Made by a program: the position numbers and the translations under genes
Notes under the pieces: model-generated
What the model was told of the DNA's origin: nothing
The model's input: the letters and a program-made list of their open reading frames with translations, nothing else
Databases searched by the model: none
Part shown: piece by piece, positions 28,945 to 37,692 of the stretch
Position numbering within the stretch: the stretch's first letter is position 1
How the letters are laid out: the number at the start of each line of letters is the position of its first letter
IMG/VR virus record: IMGVR_UViG_3300020036_001974
Location: 1-64,000 of that record
Origin: a virus
Taxonomy: Duplodnaviria; Caudoviricetes
DNA: 64,000 nucleotides
Reading direction: 5' to 3' (one strand)

Positions 28945-29171
28945 GGCTTTAAATTATTCTTTGTTACATACAGGACATGGTCGCATAGTTACTTACCGAA
29001 TAATAATTCACCGATAAGATAAAACCATTTTGGAACAGCCAATCCCTTATCCATCATTATCAGCGGATTGCCGTTCAGAAATCTATCCACGTTATAAAAC
29101 GTAATTGAATACTCCCCTGAATTTGTTGATGTTGTTGTTTCTCTCATGGCTTTTCTTGGTTAGGTTGATAA

Positions 29172-29193
29172 ACCCCCTCAATTAAGAGGGGGT
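29172..29193 (-). terminator. Hairpin terminator after the SSB-like gene
   Basis: ACCCCCTC/GAGGGGGT stem. Confidence 0.55.
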
Positions 29194-29200
29194 ATTTAGT

Positions 29201-29482
29201 TTAAAAAGGGGTGTCATCACTACTTGAGGAATCAATATTCCCCCAATCATCTCTACCATCTGGTAAAACCGGTTCCTTAGCTTTAGGAACAAAGGTATCA
29301 ACTTCAACATAATATCCCCCCTTCTTAGACTCTTTTACAACGAATTTAATCTCGTCTTTCTGAGTCTTAAGCCACTCGGTAATATCTTTCTTAGTGATAA
29401 TACCGGAGAACTTAACAAAGTCAGGGGCATTGGGGAAAGGTTTAAACACTCTAACCCCGTTTACAAATTCAGTTTGTTTCAT
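29201..29482 (-). CDS. Single-stranded DNA-binding-like protein
   Basis: Beta-rich core with an SSB-type acidic tail ending DDTPF. Confidence 0.6.
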   Translation of the reverse strand: MKQTEFVNGVRVFKPFPNAPDFVKFSGIITKKDITEWLKTQKDEIKFVVKESKKGGYYVEVDTFVPKAKEPVLPDGRDDWGNIDSSSSDDTPF

Positions 29483-29772
29483 TTATATTTTGGTTTAACT
29501 TTTGAAAAAATAGGCCAAGCCCAACGTCTACCATTACCTTCTACTTCAGTCATATTAAACTCATGACTGATTACTGAGTATACGCTTCCTCGAAACGTAA
29601 ACTGATCTCCCTCTCTAAGGGTTTTTAAGTGTCTCATATTCTTTTATATTAGATCGTGCTATTATTTTAACCTTACCTTTTAATCCGGTAACCTTTAACA
29701 ATCCATCATCAAAAGCCTCTAACCAAGTGTCATTAGGGAATTCCGTCCCCAATGACCTGATTAATTTGATTC

Positions 29773-30234
29773 TCACTTATCAGATGATTTAGTATACACC
29801 CAAGCGAAGATCTCCTCAGCCAAGGCGAATATATGATCCTTCTTAAGAGGACTACCGTCTAAACCGGTAGAGCGTTCTCTATAGAAATCAACAGATGTAC
29901 TCATTGCACTCATAGCAGCAATACGTCCTTGATCTGAGTATGCACCTGCTGGTTTCTTAAATCCACCAAATCCGGTCACTGGTTTAGCCTCTACCGGGGA
30001 GATCTTATGATTGGTAAAGTTACCATTCTGCTTAGTCTCTGTGGTAAACGTAGCCTCCTGAGTAGGCACAAATTTAGTACACGTTTGAGCTAATGAATGA
30101 TACTCCCATTCAATAGGATCACCTTCTATGGTAATCCCATGTACATACACTGTGGGGTTTTTACCAGTGGTATCCCGTTTGTTAGGATAACTCTTAATGT
30201 TCTCTCGTACTTGTTTTACTTTTCCTGTTTGCAT
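29773..30234 (-). CDS. OB-fold-like replication/recombination protein
   Basis: Beta-rich N-terminal part, Gly/Pro linker, helical end; replication context. Confidence 0.4.
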   Translation of the reverse strand: MQTGKVKQVRENIKSYPNKRDTTGKNPTVYVHGITIEGDPIEWEYHSLAQTCTKFVPTQEATFTTETKQNGNFTNHKISPVEAKPVTGFGGFKKPAGAYSDQGRIAAMSAMSTSVDFYRERSTGLDGSPLKKDHIFALAEEIFAWVYTKSSDK

Positions 30235-30239
30235 ATAAT

Positions 30240-30443
30240 TTATTTGTTTAAAAGTTTAATATATTCATTGAATTCCTCAATAATTAACCATTCATCTATA
30301 TGCCAAATCATATCAGATTTATCTAATTTAATTGTTTTACCAATCTCTCCCCTAGTAAACTTAGTACCCGGGTTAACAAGAGTACAGTGTCTTTTATCAA
30401 TCATCTTCCAAATGATACCATATTGTTTATGTCTATACATCAT
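30240..30443 (-). CDS. Tagged microprotein (MMY type)
   Basis: Ends EFNEYIKLLNK. Confidence 0.75.
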   Translation of the reverse strand: MMYRHKQYGIIWKMIDKRHCTLVNPGTKFTRGEIGKTIKLDKSDMIWHIDEWLIIEEFNEYIKLLNK

Positions 30444-30637
30444 AATAGTTTCAAGTATTCGTTAAATGTAACAATCACCCACTGCCCTGAATCCCAAGAA
30501 TCACAATTAAGATAATTAGTTCTATAACCTACATCTTTTATAGTCCAACCTCCTCCGTGTTTAATAAGCGTTCCACTGGCTCTGTTATTAGGATCAACGT
30601 CCCATATAATGCCTTCTTTTTTGTGTTTATACATCAT
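30440..30637 (-). CDS. Tagged microprotein (MMY type)
   Basis: Ends TFNEYLKLL. Confidence 0.75.
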   Translation of the reverse strand: MMYKHKKEGIIWDVDPNNRASGTLIKHGGGWTIKDVGYRTNYLNCDSWDSGQWVIVTFNEYLKLL

Positions 30638-30822
30638 AGCAATTTCAAATATTCCTTAAATTCATAAAGTGCTTCCCATTCTGTACTTCTCCATTGCGTT
30701 GTAAAACGTTCTATCCTCCCAACAGCACTTTGATAGTATCCACCACCTGCTTTAATTAGAGTATAAGAACCGTCATCATTAAGCCTCCAGACAATACCCT
30801 TAGTTCTGTTTCTATACATCAT
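30634..30822 (-). CDS. Tagged microprotein (MMY type)
   Basis: Ends EFKEYLKLL. Confidence 0.75.
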   Translation of the reverse strand: MMYRNRTKGIVWRLNDDGSYTLIKAGGGYYQSAVGRIERFTTQWRSTEWEALYEFKEYLKLL

Positions 30823-31007
30823 AACATTTCCAGATAATCGTTAAAATTAACAATAACAAATCTCCATTTAAAATAGTAATTTCCTTTTATCTGAAAGCCA
30901 TCTCCTGTATCTATCGCATCGTGTATACTACCAATAGGAAATATATTAGTTTCGTCTGTAATATACCCAACCTTGTTACCACCATTAATATATTTAACCT
31001 TAATCAT
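30819..31007 (-). CDS. Tagged microprotein
   Basis: Ends NFNDYLEML. Confidence 0.75.
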   Translation of the reverse strand: MIKVKYINGGNKVGYITDETNIFPIGSIHDAIDTGDGFQIKGNYYFKWRFVIVNFNDYLEML

Positions 31008-31245
31008 TTATAGTCAGTTTAATTCCTACTTCTATACCTACCTCCCTTGCTATTAAAACAAGGGAATACTGGGTAAGGCGTTTACTATCCTTACCGTTTA
31101 AATAAAGACTAATATTACCCTTGTTTAACTGCAATTTCCGTGCCAATTCACTAATTGTCAGCTTCTTCTGAGTCATTTTATGACGGATTAATTCCCTTAA
31201 ATCCTCATTATCCCTTACCAAACAATACTTTCTTATAGCCAACAT
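31000..31245 (-). CDS. XRE-family helix-turn-helix protein
   Basis: LTISELARKLQLNKGNISLYLNG. Confidence 0.8.
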   Translation of the reverse strand: MLAIRKYCLVRDNEDLRELIRHKMTQKKLTISELARKLQLNKGNISLYLNGKDSKRLTQYSLVLIAREVGIEVGIKLTIND

Positions 31246-31451
31246 AAGTAATCTTTAAAGGTTGGTATTTTAGAAAACAAATGTTTAAATTTACTAATAG
31301 AATTATAAGTATGAGTTCCTTCTGTACGTAACCTCGATGTTTCTTTATTCCAAGCTACTGTAACTCCTCTTTTAGGTAAATCTATAATAGTATATATTGT
31401 ACCTCCTTTAACATTATCCTGATACCAACGGTATTTATCCCCTACTTGCAT
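31233..31451 (-). CDS. Tagged microprotein (QVGD type)
   Basis: Ends TFKDYLCWL, overlapping the HTH gene ATG. Confidence 0.7.
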   Translation of the reverse strand: MQVGDKYRWYQDNVKGGTIYTIIDLPKRGVTVAWNKETSRLRTEGTHTYNSISKFKHLFSKIPTFKDYLCWL

Positions 31452-31654
31452 AAGTTAATATATAGTTTAAAGGTAACTAACTCTGCATTTTGTTCTTTAA
31501 TAGCAGGTCTTAAGTAATCATTATAAGGAGTTTGCGATAATACATATGGAACACTGGAACCATCCTCATCAATAATAGCAATGGTTCCTTTCCTAATATA
31601 ACGACTATGTCGTGTCATTATCACCACGTCTCCTTTCTTAAACTTGTATTTCAT
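31442..31654 (-). CDS. Tagged microprotein (KKGD type)
   Basis: Ends TFKLYINLCK. Confidence 0.75.
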   Translation of the reverse strand: MKYKFKKGDVVIMTRHSRYIRKGTIAIIDEDGSSVPYVLSQTPYNDYLRPAIKEQNAELVTFKLYINLCK

Positions 31655-31830
31655 AATAGTTTTAGATAATCATTAAATAGTACATCTTTGAACCTATACT
31701 GGAACCATTTTATATTAATGTCCTGAAGTATATAGTAACCACTCCCAATAACTTCTTCAACCTTATAACAACAACCTCTTTTTAATCTACTGTTAGATTG
31801 TTCATCATCAATACAAATTACATACTTCAT
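31651..31830 (-). CDS. Tagged microprotein (not in track)
   Basis: MKYVICIDDEQ...KDVLFNDYLKLL*, 59 aa, ATGA overlap at both ends. Confidence 0.75.
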   Translation of the reverse strand: MKYVICIDDEQSNSRLKRGCCYKVEEVIGSGYYILQDINIKWFQYRFKDVLFNDYLKLL

Positions 31831-32552
31831 ATAGTTATTTCTTCAAATTGAACTGTTTCTTTAAGTAATCTTTTGCTACAGATTAAAGGGCATTTAGAAC
31901 AAGATGATTCTTTTGGGAATCTTGGGAACTCGTCTAATAACGAGTATTCATCCCATAAGGTTCGGGCACTGGAGAATCTTTGGTGGTACTCTTCAACAGC
32001 CTGATCACTTATATTAACCCGTATCTCCTTGATTCTCATCTTAGTAGAGTAGTCAAAGATAAGTAACCTCATTTCAGGAATTATACCGAAATTCTGTTCA
32101 TATAACCATTGGTAGTGGATTTGTTGAAGGAAATCTACAGTAGATAAATCACTCCACATACCTCCTTCTAAGTCGGCAGTTAGCTTAAGATCGTACACAA
32201 TCAATGGGTCTGTAGTAAAGTCAATAGTACCTTCCCTGTCTCCATGCTTGAGAACCAACTGCCTGTCCTTAATAACTTTACCACCAAAATCCTTATGATT
32301 AGGGTCAAACATATTCTTAAACCGTTCGGCCTGTTCTTCTATACGTAGGTGTTCAGCCGATTTACCCTTCTTTAGTAAGGGAAGTTCAGTTTGTTTACCA
32401 CCAACCCCAGAACCTAAACAAAGAGTTTCAAAGAAGGAACCCTTTTGCATAGGACTACCATCAGGTGCATCTGGTCTCTTAAGGATAAGTTCATTAGCTA
32501 ACCGAGGACACTCTGATTCAAGTACCTTTACAATAGATTGTGTTATTTGCAT
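31827..32552 (-). CDS. PD-(D/E)XK exonuclease (RecB/Cas4-like)
   Basis: EGTIDF.....VYDLKLT, LQQIHY, terminal CSKCP..C. Confidence 0.75.
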   Translation of the reverse strand: MQITQSIVKVLESECPRLANELILKRPDAPDGSPMQKGSFFETLCLGSGVGGKQTELPLLKKGKSAEHLRIEEQAERFKNMFDPNHKDFGGKVIKDRQLVLKHGDREGTIDFTTDPLIVYDLKLTADLEGGMWSDLSTVDFLQQIHYQWLYEQNFGIIPEMRLLIFDYSTKMRIKEIRVNISDQAVEEYHQRFSSARTLWDEYSLLDEFPRFPKESSCSKCPLICSKRLLKETVQFEEITI

Positions 32553-32764
32553 AGTTTTATATATTCGTTAAATGAACTTCTCCATTTCCAAACATTACCA
32601 TCTAAAAGCATAGTATTACCTAAATAGAGGTTTAGTATACCACACGCTTTTGTACGCTTTGTAATCTTGATATACACATCTTTCCCTATATACATAATAT
32701 CCCCGATCAGTGTTAATCCTAACACATTCCGTTTTGAATTACTATAATAACAAACAACCTTCAT
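32543..32764 (-). CDS. Tagged microprotein
   Basis: Ends GNVWKWRSSFNEYIKLCK. Confidence 0.75.
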   Translation of the reverse strand: MKVVCYYSNSKRNVLGLTLIGDIMYIGKDVYIKITKRTKACGILNLYLGNTMLLDGNVWKWRSSFNEYIKLCK

Positions 32765-33651
32765 AACAAATGGTTTATAAGTTTAATTTCATTACGGCAA
32801 TACAGACTATTCAAGTCCTCTCCTTTAGGTAAAATAAGTTTAACAGGTTCTAACCCGAGGTGAACGTACTTAGAGAGCCTCTCTTGGTATGATGATTCGC
32901 TATCATCAAAGTCAATCATTATTTTACCTTTTAAATGGGCATATTTATGGGGTAGTTCTTTAGGAACACTCGTCACCCCACCTGCACTTGCAACCACACA
33001 ACTCTTACCAATATTACGACAATGTTCCCATAAAGAGTTAGCATTAGCCTCACCCTCTATGAGGTAGAACACTGGTTCCTCAAAGGAATCCTTTATATTC
33101 TCAAGTATATAGAACCCTAATTGCCCTGATGAAGAGAACCGCTGTCCATTGATCTGTTCTAAAGCCCTGAATTTAGCCCCTGTTACAACCCCATTTGAAT
33201 CCTGATGAGGAAATAATATAGCCAAATGCCTGTCAAATCCACTATCTGTCTTAGTAAAAAAACAACCGTTAGCATAACCCCTTACAATACCCCTTGATTC
33301 AGCATAAGCCATTACCTTGTTACGTTCTTCTGTAGAAAGGTCTATGAAGGTTTCTTTAATACCGTTCCAAGATTTACGGGTTAGTATAGCTGGTGGCTTC
33401 CAAGCGAATGACTTGTTTCTAAAGTCCCTCAGATCATCCCCAAAGTGTTTGGCAAGGGTTATAACATTACCTGATTTAGGACCATTACCATTCCACCCAA
33501 AGTCTACCCAAGCATTATCCGGGAATATACAGAAGGAAGGAGTTCTCTCCTGCCTAAAGGGTGAGTTAGTAAACCACTTGTTACCCCGTCTTTCAATCTT
33601 GTACCCCTTCATCTGAAGGTAGTCTACACAAGGAATGTCTCTTATTTGCAT
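32761..33651 (-). CDS. DNA primase (N-terminal Zn-binding-like domain plus TOPRIM)
   Basis: SPFRQERTPSF, WVDFG, LIEGEANA, IDFDD, KGEDLN. Confidence 0.85.
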   Translation of the reverse strand: MQIRDIPCVDYLQMKGYKIERRGNKWFTNSPFRQERTPSFCIFPDNAWVDFGWNGNGPKSGNVITLAKHFGDDLRDFRNKSFAWKPPAILTRKSWNGIKETFIDLSTEERNKVMAYAESRGIVRGYANGCFFTKTDSGFDRHLAILFPHQDSNGVVTGAKFRALEQINGQRFSSSGQLGFYILENIKDSFEEPVFYLIEGEANANSLWEHCRNIGKSCVVASAGGVTSVPKELPHKYAHLKGKIMIDFDDSESSYQERLSKYVHLGLEPVKLILPKGEDLNSLYCRNEIKLINHLL

Positions 33652-33875
33652 AATATTAAGTAAGCATTAAAATCAATTCTTTTATATTTATCTTCATCTG
33701 GCCACCACCACATAACAGTCTGACCACTTGTATCGAAACCGGTTAGTAATCCACCTCTCCCGTCTGTCCAGTAATATGTAACATAATACACATCTCTACG
33801 TTTAGATACTTTTGTTATATATAGAAATTCTCCCATTGTATCAACATATTTACCAACAATCGGTTTCATATTCAT
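33642..33875 (-). CDS. Tagged microprotein (YYWTD type)
   Basis: Ends DFNAYLILCK. Confidence 0.75.
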   Translation of the reverse strand: MNMKPIVGKYVDTMGEFLYITKVSKRRDVYYVTYYWTDGRGGLLTGFDTSGQTVMWWWPDEDKYKRIDFNAYLILCK

Positions 33876-34060
33876 AATCTTTTAATATAATTACTAAATG
33901 GTTTATAGTACCCTATTATTCTTTTCTCCATTGCTACAAAAGGTATCTCAATGAATCTATAAGTATCTGAATCTGTATGACCTCCTGTGGTATAGGGTGT
34001 ACCGATATTAAAGTAATCAGGATAATCTAATAATACAACATCGCCTATTTTATATTTCAT
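33872..34060 (-). CDS. Tagged microprotein (MKYKIGD type)
   Basis: Ends PFSNYIKRL. Confidence 0.75.
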   Translation of the reverse strand: MKYKIGDVVLLDYPDYFNIGTPYTTGGHTDSDTYRFIEIPFVAMEKRIIGYYKPFSNYIKRL

Positions 34061-34260
34061 AACTTATCAAGATAATGTTTAAACTTATTAACTATTTCCC
34101 ATTTCATACCCAATGCCCCTTTATAAAAACTATCAAAGGTGTAAATCTGTCTCTTGCCTGTATTACTAATAAATACCCATTCATCCTCTCTTATATGTTC
34201 TTCGGCAGTCCAAGTTGTACCAATTTTATTAACAAATTTTATACCTTTATAACACATCAT
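34057..34260 (-). CDS. Tagged microprotein
   Basis: Ends KFKHYLDKL. Confidence 0.7.
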   Translation of the reverse strand: MMCYKGIKFVNKIGTTWTAEEHIREDEWVFISNTGKRQIYTFDSFYKGALGMKWEIVNKFKHYLDKL

Positions 34261-34745
34261 AACAACTTTATTCTGTCTATTATAGAATGACCAAACCTAT
34301 CTACTTTAACAGCTTTACCTGATGGTTTTAAAGAACCAGTCTTAAGGAAATCCCTTGTAGCATAAGGACCAAACCCATGTAACGCTCCAAATAGTCGCGT
34401 TCTTGTTATCCTAATACCTCTCACCCTCTTACCAACAAACCTATACAACCCCATCCGGGTTAATAACTGATGACAATGGTATATAGAAGCGTTCATTGTT
34501 TTCTCCTGATAAACAGGATTGTTAAGGAAGTAATCAACAGTTAAACACTCATTAGGTTCTTCAAGTAACCCAATGTTTATCAACCCTTTAACCGTTGTCA
34601 TAGAGAACTGGTACTTACCAAAATGGGTTCCATTAGTAGCACAATAATCCCCTCTCGACTCTAAGTAGCCTATCCTTTCTTTATAAGTAACAACGTTATC
34701 CGTTGGTACAAAGATAAATGTAGTTATTAAAAGTAATACGTTCAT
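34257..34745 (-). CDS. Lysozyme-like peptidoglycan hydrolase with a hydrophobic N-terminus
   Basis: LESRGDY (catalytic Glu candidate), GKYQF, FLNNPVYQEK, 'FVGKRVRGIRIT'; recalled as resembling Flavobacterium lysozyme-like proteins. Confidence 0.7.
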   Translation of the reverse strand: MNVLLLITTFIFVPTDNVVTYKERIGYLESRGDYCATNGTHFGKYQFSMTTVKGLINIGLLEEPNECLTVDYFLNNPVYQEKTMNASIYHCHQLLTRMGLYRFVGKRVRGIRITRTRLFGALHGFGPYATRDFLKTGSLKPSGKAVKVDRFGHSIIDRIKLL

Positions 34746-34875
34746 AGAATCTTGGGGTTAAATCTAGGTATTTATGTTCTACACCGGAAAGTATAATAGT
34801 AGTATCATCAACAACTGTTAATATCTTATGATGTTTAAAAGTACCGGCTATTATCCTATATCTTCCTTTTTGCAT
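34696..34875 (-). CDS. Tagged microprotein (not in track)
   Basis: MQKGRYRIIAG...ERITFNNYIYLCTNG*, 59 aa. Confidence 0.65.
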   Translation of the reverse strand: MQKGRYRIIAGTFKHHKILTVVDDTTIILSGVEHKYLDLTPRFYERITFNNYIYLCTNG

Positions 34876-35075
34876 AACTTTATATATTTAGTAAAGGTAC
34901 AAACCTCATAACAATGAGAAGGTATCCATTTATTATAAGTAGAAACTTTAAACCATTGATAAGAAGTGATGGTGGTATCAGTAACTACCCCGCTATGAGT
35001 ATTTGTACAATATTCAGGCCAATCTTTATCAAGGTAATCACTTCTTCTTATAACAAAATCACCTATTTTGAACAT
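34851..35075 (-). CDS. Tagged microprotein (KIGD type)
   Basis: TFTKYIKLCKKEDIG. Confidence 0.75.
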   Translation of the reverse strand: MFKIGDFVIRRSDYLDKDWPEYCTNTHSGVVTDTTITSYQWFKVSTYNKWIPSHCYEVCTFTKYIKLCKKEDIG

Positions 35076-35260
35076 AGCTTTAAGTAATATTTAAAGGTAA
35101 CAATAGTGTAATCCTCTTCTTCTATTAGAATGTAATTAGATTCTTTAACAACATCTACTGTTTTATTGTATTTTTTTAATACCCTATACACAGTATTAGT
35201 CTTAATAAGACCCTCTCTTACTATATGGGGAGGTAGTTTTGATTTAGTTTTTATGTACAT
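35063..35260 (-). CDS. Tagged microprotein (MYIKT type)
   Basis: Ends TFKYYLKLCSK. Confidence 0.75.
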   Translation of the reverse strand: MYIKTKSKLPPHIVREGLIKTNTVYRVLKKYNKTVDVVKESNYILIEEEDYTIVTFKYYLKLCSK

Positions 35261-35448
35261 AATTTCATGTAATCTTTAAAATTGACAACAGTATAGTATT
35301 CAGGAGATAAATAGTACGCACTCTTAGTGTCTACATCTACTTGCGATGTACCATTAACTAAATTTAAAACCCTATATACAGTATCAGGTTTAATTAACTT
35401 CTCTTCTGTTACATTAGGTGAGAGGATATGCCTTGTCTTGATATACAT
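35251..35448 (-). CDS. Tagged microprotein (MYIKT type), tandem paralogue
   Basis: Ends NFKDYMKLCT. Confidence 0.75.
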   Translation of the reverse strand: MYIKTRHILSPNVTEEKLIKPDTVYRVLNLVNGTSQVDVDTKSAYYLSPEYYTVVNFKDYMKLCT

Positions 35449-35596
35449 TAGTTCAATGGTAAAATTGCCTGATAATTTATAACCACATCTAACATAGAAA
35501 ACGTACCCATTGTAGGTAATTCAACAAGGGTATAAGCGAAGCACTTGTTCTTATTAAGAATGATTGCTCCTTGAATTGCAGGTTGATAACTGTTTT

Positions 35597-35788
35597 TCAT
35601 TTTAGTAGTTTTAAGTATTCGCTGAATCCATAGTATCTGAAGTTATTCCAATTCCACATTTGTTCACAAGTTTGTCCAATTCTATAGGTATTTGTATCCT
35701 CTGATATAACCAACACATTCTTATCATCACCTGTATAAAGGAAACCAAATTTATTGGTTTTACTTCTATATATACCATTTCTCCTCAT
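35597..35788 (-). CDS. Tagged microprotein
   Basis: Ends GFSEYLKLLK. Confidence 0.75.
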   Translation of the reverse strand: MRRNGIYRSKTNKFGFLYTGDDKNVLVISEDTNTYRIGQTCEQMWNWNNFRYYGFSEYLKLLK

Positions 35789-35982
35789 TGTATTAGCTTT
35801 ATATAGTCATTGAAACTTAGTATAGTTATTTTCCATCTTTTATTATCTACATGTAAACCTATCATCTGACCATCCTTTCTTATATACCAGATACCTCTTG
35901 GAATTCTAACAATCTCAACAATAGAACCATGCTCCCAAAACCCCCTGTTCTTGTAAGCCTCCCCTGTAAGTTTCGCTATCAT
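35785..35982 (-). CDS. Tagged microprotein
   Basis: Likely start MIAKL at 35982 (ATGA overlap); ends SFNDYIKLIQ. Confidence 0.7.
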   Translation of the reverse strand: MIAKLTGEAYKNRGFWEHGSIVEIVRIPRGIWYIRKDGQMIGLHVDNKRWKITILSFNDYIKLIQ

Positions 35983-36191
35983 CGTTTTATTAGTATTAAG
36001 TAATCGGAAAATCCACACCTCACCCAAACCCCGTAATAAAGGTCTGTAATATCCCTCATCCCACGGGTATCCCCTTCATCATCTATAAAACACCACCTAT
36101 TGTCGTCCTCTTTGGTAATATCATACACCTTACCAACGGTAACTTCAACAGGGTTAAAATAATTACCGAGTGATCTGCAAATATACTTCAT
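35979..36191 (-). CDS. Tagged microprotein
   Basis: Ends GFSDYLILIKR. Confidence 0.75.
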   Translation of the reverse strand: MKYICRSLGNYFNPVEVTVGKVYDITKEDDNRWCFIDDEGDTRGMRDITDLYYGVWVRCGFSDYLILIKR

Positions 36192-36370
36192 AGTAATTTA
36201 AGATAGGTGCTAAACGGCAAAGGTTCCCACATTTCAAAATTAATTCTAAACTCCTTATTAAGATAGGAAGAATCCTGCCAATGTGCAATTGTTAATATAA
36301 CAGCCCTATTGCTGGTAAAATCAATAACCTTGCAAATATATGTAGGAGCAGTTTTATGTCTGTATATCAT
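36188..36370 (-). CDS. Tagged microprotein (MIYRHK type)
   Basis: Likely start at 36370; ends PFSTYLKLL. Confidence 0.7.
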   Translation of the reverse strand: MIYRHKTAPTYICKVIDFTSNRAVILTIAHWQDSSYLNKEFRINFEMWEPLPFSTYLKLL

Positions 36371-36372
36371 AG

Positions 36373-36398
36373 AAAAAATACCCCCACTCAAGGGGGTA
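36373..36398 (-). terminator. Intrinsic terminator after the VWA gene
   Basis: TACCCCC/GGGGGTA stem followed by T6 on the minus strand. Confidence 0.65.
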
Positions 36399-36402
36399 GA
36401 AT

Positions 36403-37692
36403 TTAGTCCTGAATAACTACCTGTTTAACGTTACCCCCGTTAGAAAATTTAACAGGTTCACCACAGGATATAATCAGGAATTGTTGATAAGTTCCTTTAA
36501 AATCTAAATGGTCGCAATACCCATCGGTTAAGATGACCACTGGTTTATTACGCATCTTGTTCTTAGGGTCAAGTACATAGTTGACAAAGGGTTGTAATTC
36601 AGTACCACCTAACCCTTTAATCATCATTGACTTAAGATCGTTCTTCTTCTTAACCTTGTCAATCTTCTGTATCTGTGTGTCAACCTGAACAAGATCAATC
36701 TCATACCCATCCCTGAATAACTCAGATAGGACAAGTTCAAAGCGTCTATACATACTGCCTGATACATCGAGTCCGGCTACCAAAGATTGGGATACTTTCT
36801 TGTTACCCTTAATAAGACCGGGTAGTTTTCTTGATAGACGAGTATAGGTTTTCTCCTTGATACGACCTTTGAAGGCAGAGATAACCCTCTTAAGAGTACG
36901 AAGGTTGTTCTTCTTAGGAGCCTTGAGAAGCATCTTCATCTTCTCTTCAGTAGAGTTAGAACCATACCCTCTTAAGCGAACCTTAACCTTTTCAATACCT
37001 TCTTTAGCAAGTTGCTCCTTAATCTCCTGCATCATTTCATCATTCGGTAGGTGGGTATCGAGTGACTGCCCCTCGCCACAACGTTCTAACAGGTCTTTAG
37101 TACGCTGTGTTAGCTCAGACTTCTCACCCTTATCATCCTTCTCTTTCTCCTCTTTAAGCCAACGGTACAAAGGCTCAAACACTAACTCACCTTTATAGTT
37201 TTCGTCAAGGGTTACACAATAGGTTTCGCCTATAGCTTTACGAGCCTTAGCAAGGTTATCCTCATTGATCGTATGACCTTGAGAGCTGCCCTTTTCAATC
37301 TGTTTCTGTATCCACTCCTCTGTTATCTTAGGGAAGGATAGAGTCTTGTGATAGGTCATGATCAGGTGATTGATGATCATATCCATAGCAATGTTGGCCA
37401 TTTGCCTATCGTAATACTTACCCCTCTCCAAGTGATTGTGTAAGAGGTGGTCACACTCATGTAGCAGGATGGTAACTACCTCTATATCAGATAGTTCCTC
37501 AACAAACTCTTCATTGTATAGAAGAGCCATTCTCATATCCACTACGGTGACTGCCATTGTAGGCAGTTCATCCGTAACATAGAAATCAACGTAGTTGAGG
37601 AAATAGAAATAGAACTGTAGTTCCTTTTGGTTGTGAAGGAGAACCTCCTCCAGACACCTATTTAGTTTCGGTGTTACTTTCTTGTATCTCAT
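36403..37692 (-). CDS. DUF2201-type metallopeptidase plus VWA domain protein
   Basis: PTMAV, LLHECDH (HExxH), NIAMD..IN; MIDAS DVSGSM, GGT, LTDGY. Confidence 0.85.
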   Translation of the reverse strand: MRYKKVTPKLNRCLEEVLLHNQKELQFYFYFLNYVDFYVTDELPTMAVTVVDMRMALLYNEEFVEELSDIEVVTILLHECDHLLHNHLERGKYYDRQMANIAMDMIINHLIMTYHKTLSFPKITEEWIQKQIEKGSSQGHTINEDNLAKARKAIGETYCVTLDENYKGELVFEPLYRWLKEEKEKDDKGEKSELTQRTKDLLERCGEGQSLDTHLPNDEMMQEIKEQLAKEGIEKVKVRLRGYGSNSTEEKMKMLLKAPKKNNLRTLKRVISAFKGRIKEKTYTRLSRKLPGLIKGNKKVSQSLVAGLDVSGSMYRRFELVLSELFRDGYEIDLVQVDTQIQKIDKVKKKNDLKSMMIKGLGGTELQPFVNYVLDPKNKMRNKPVVILTDGYCDHLDFKGTYQQFLIISCGEPVKFSNGGNVKQVVIQD

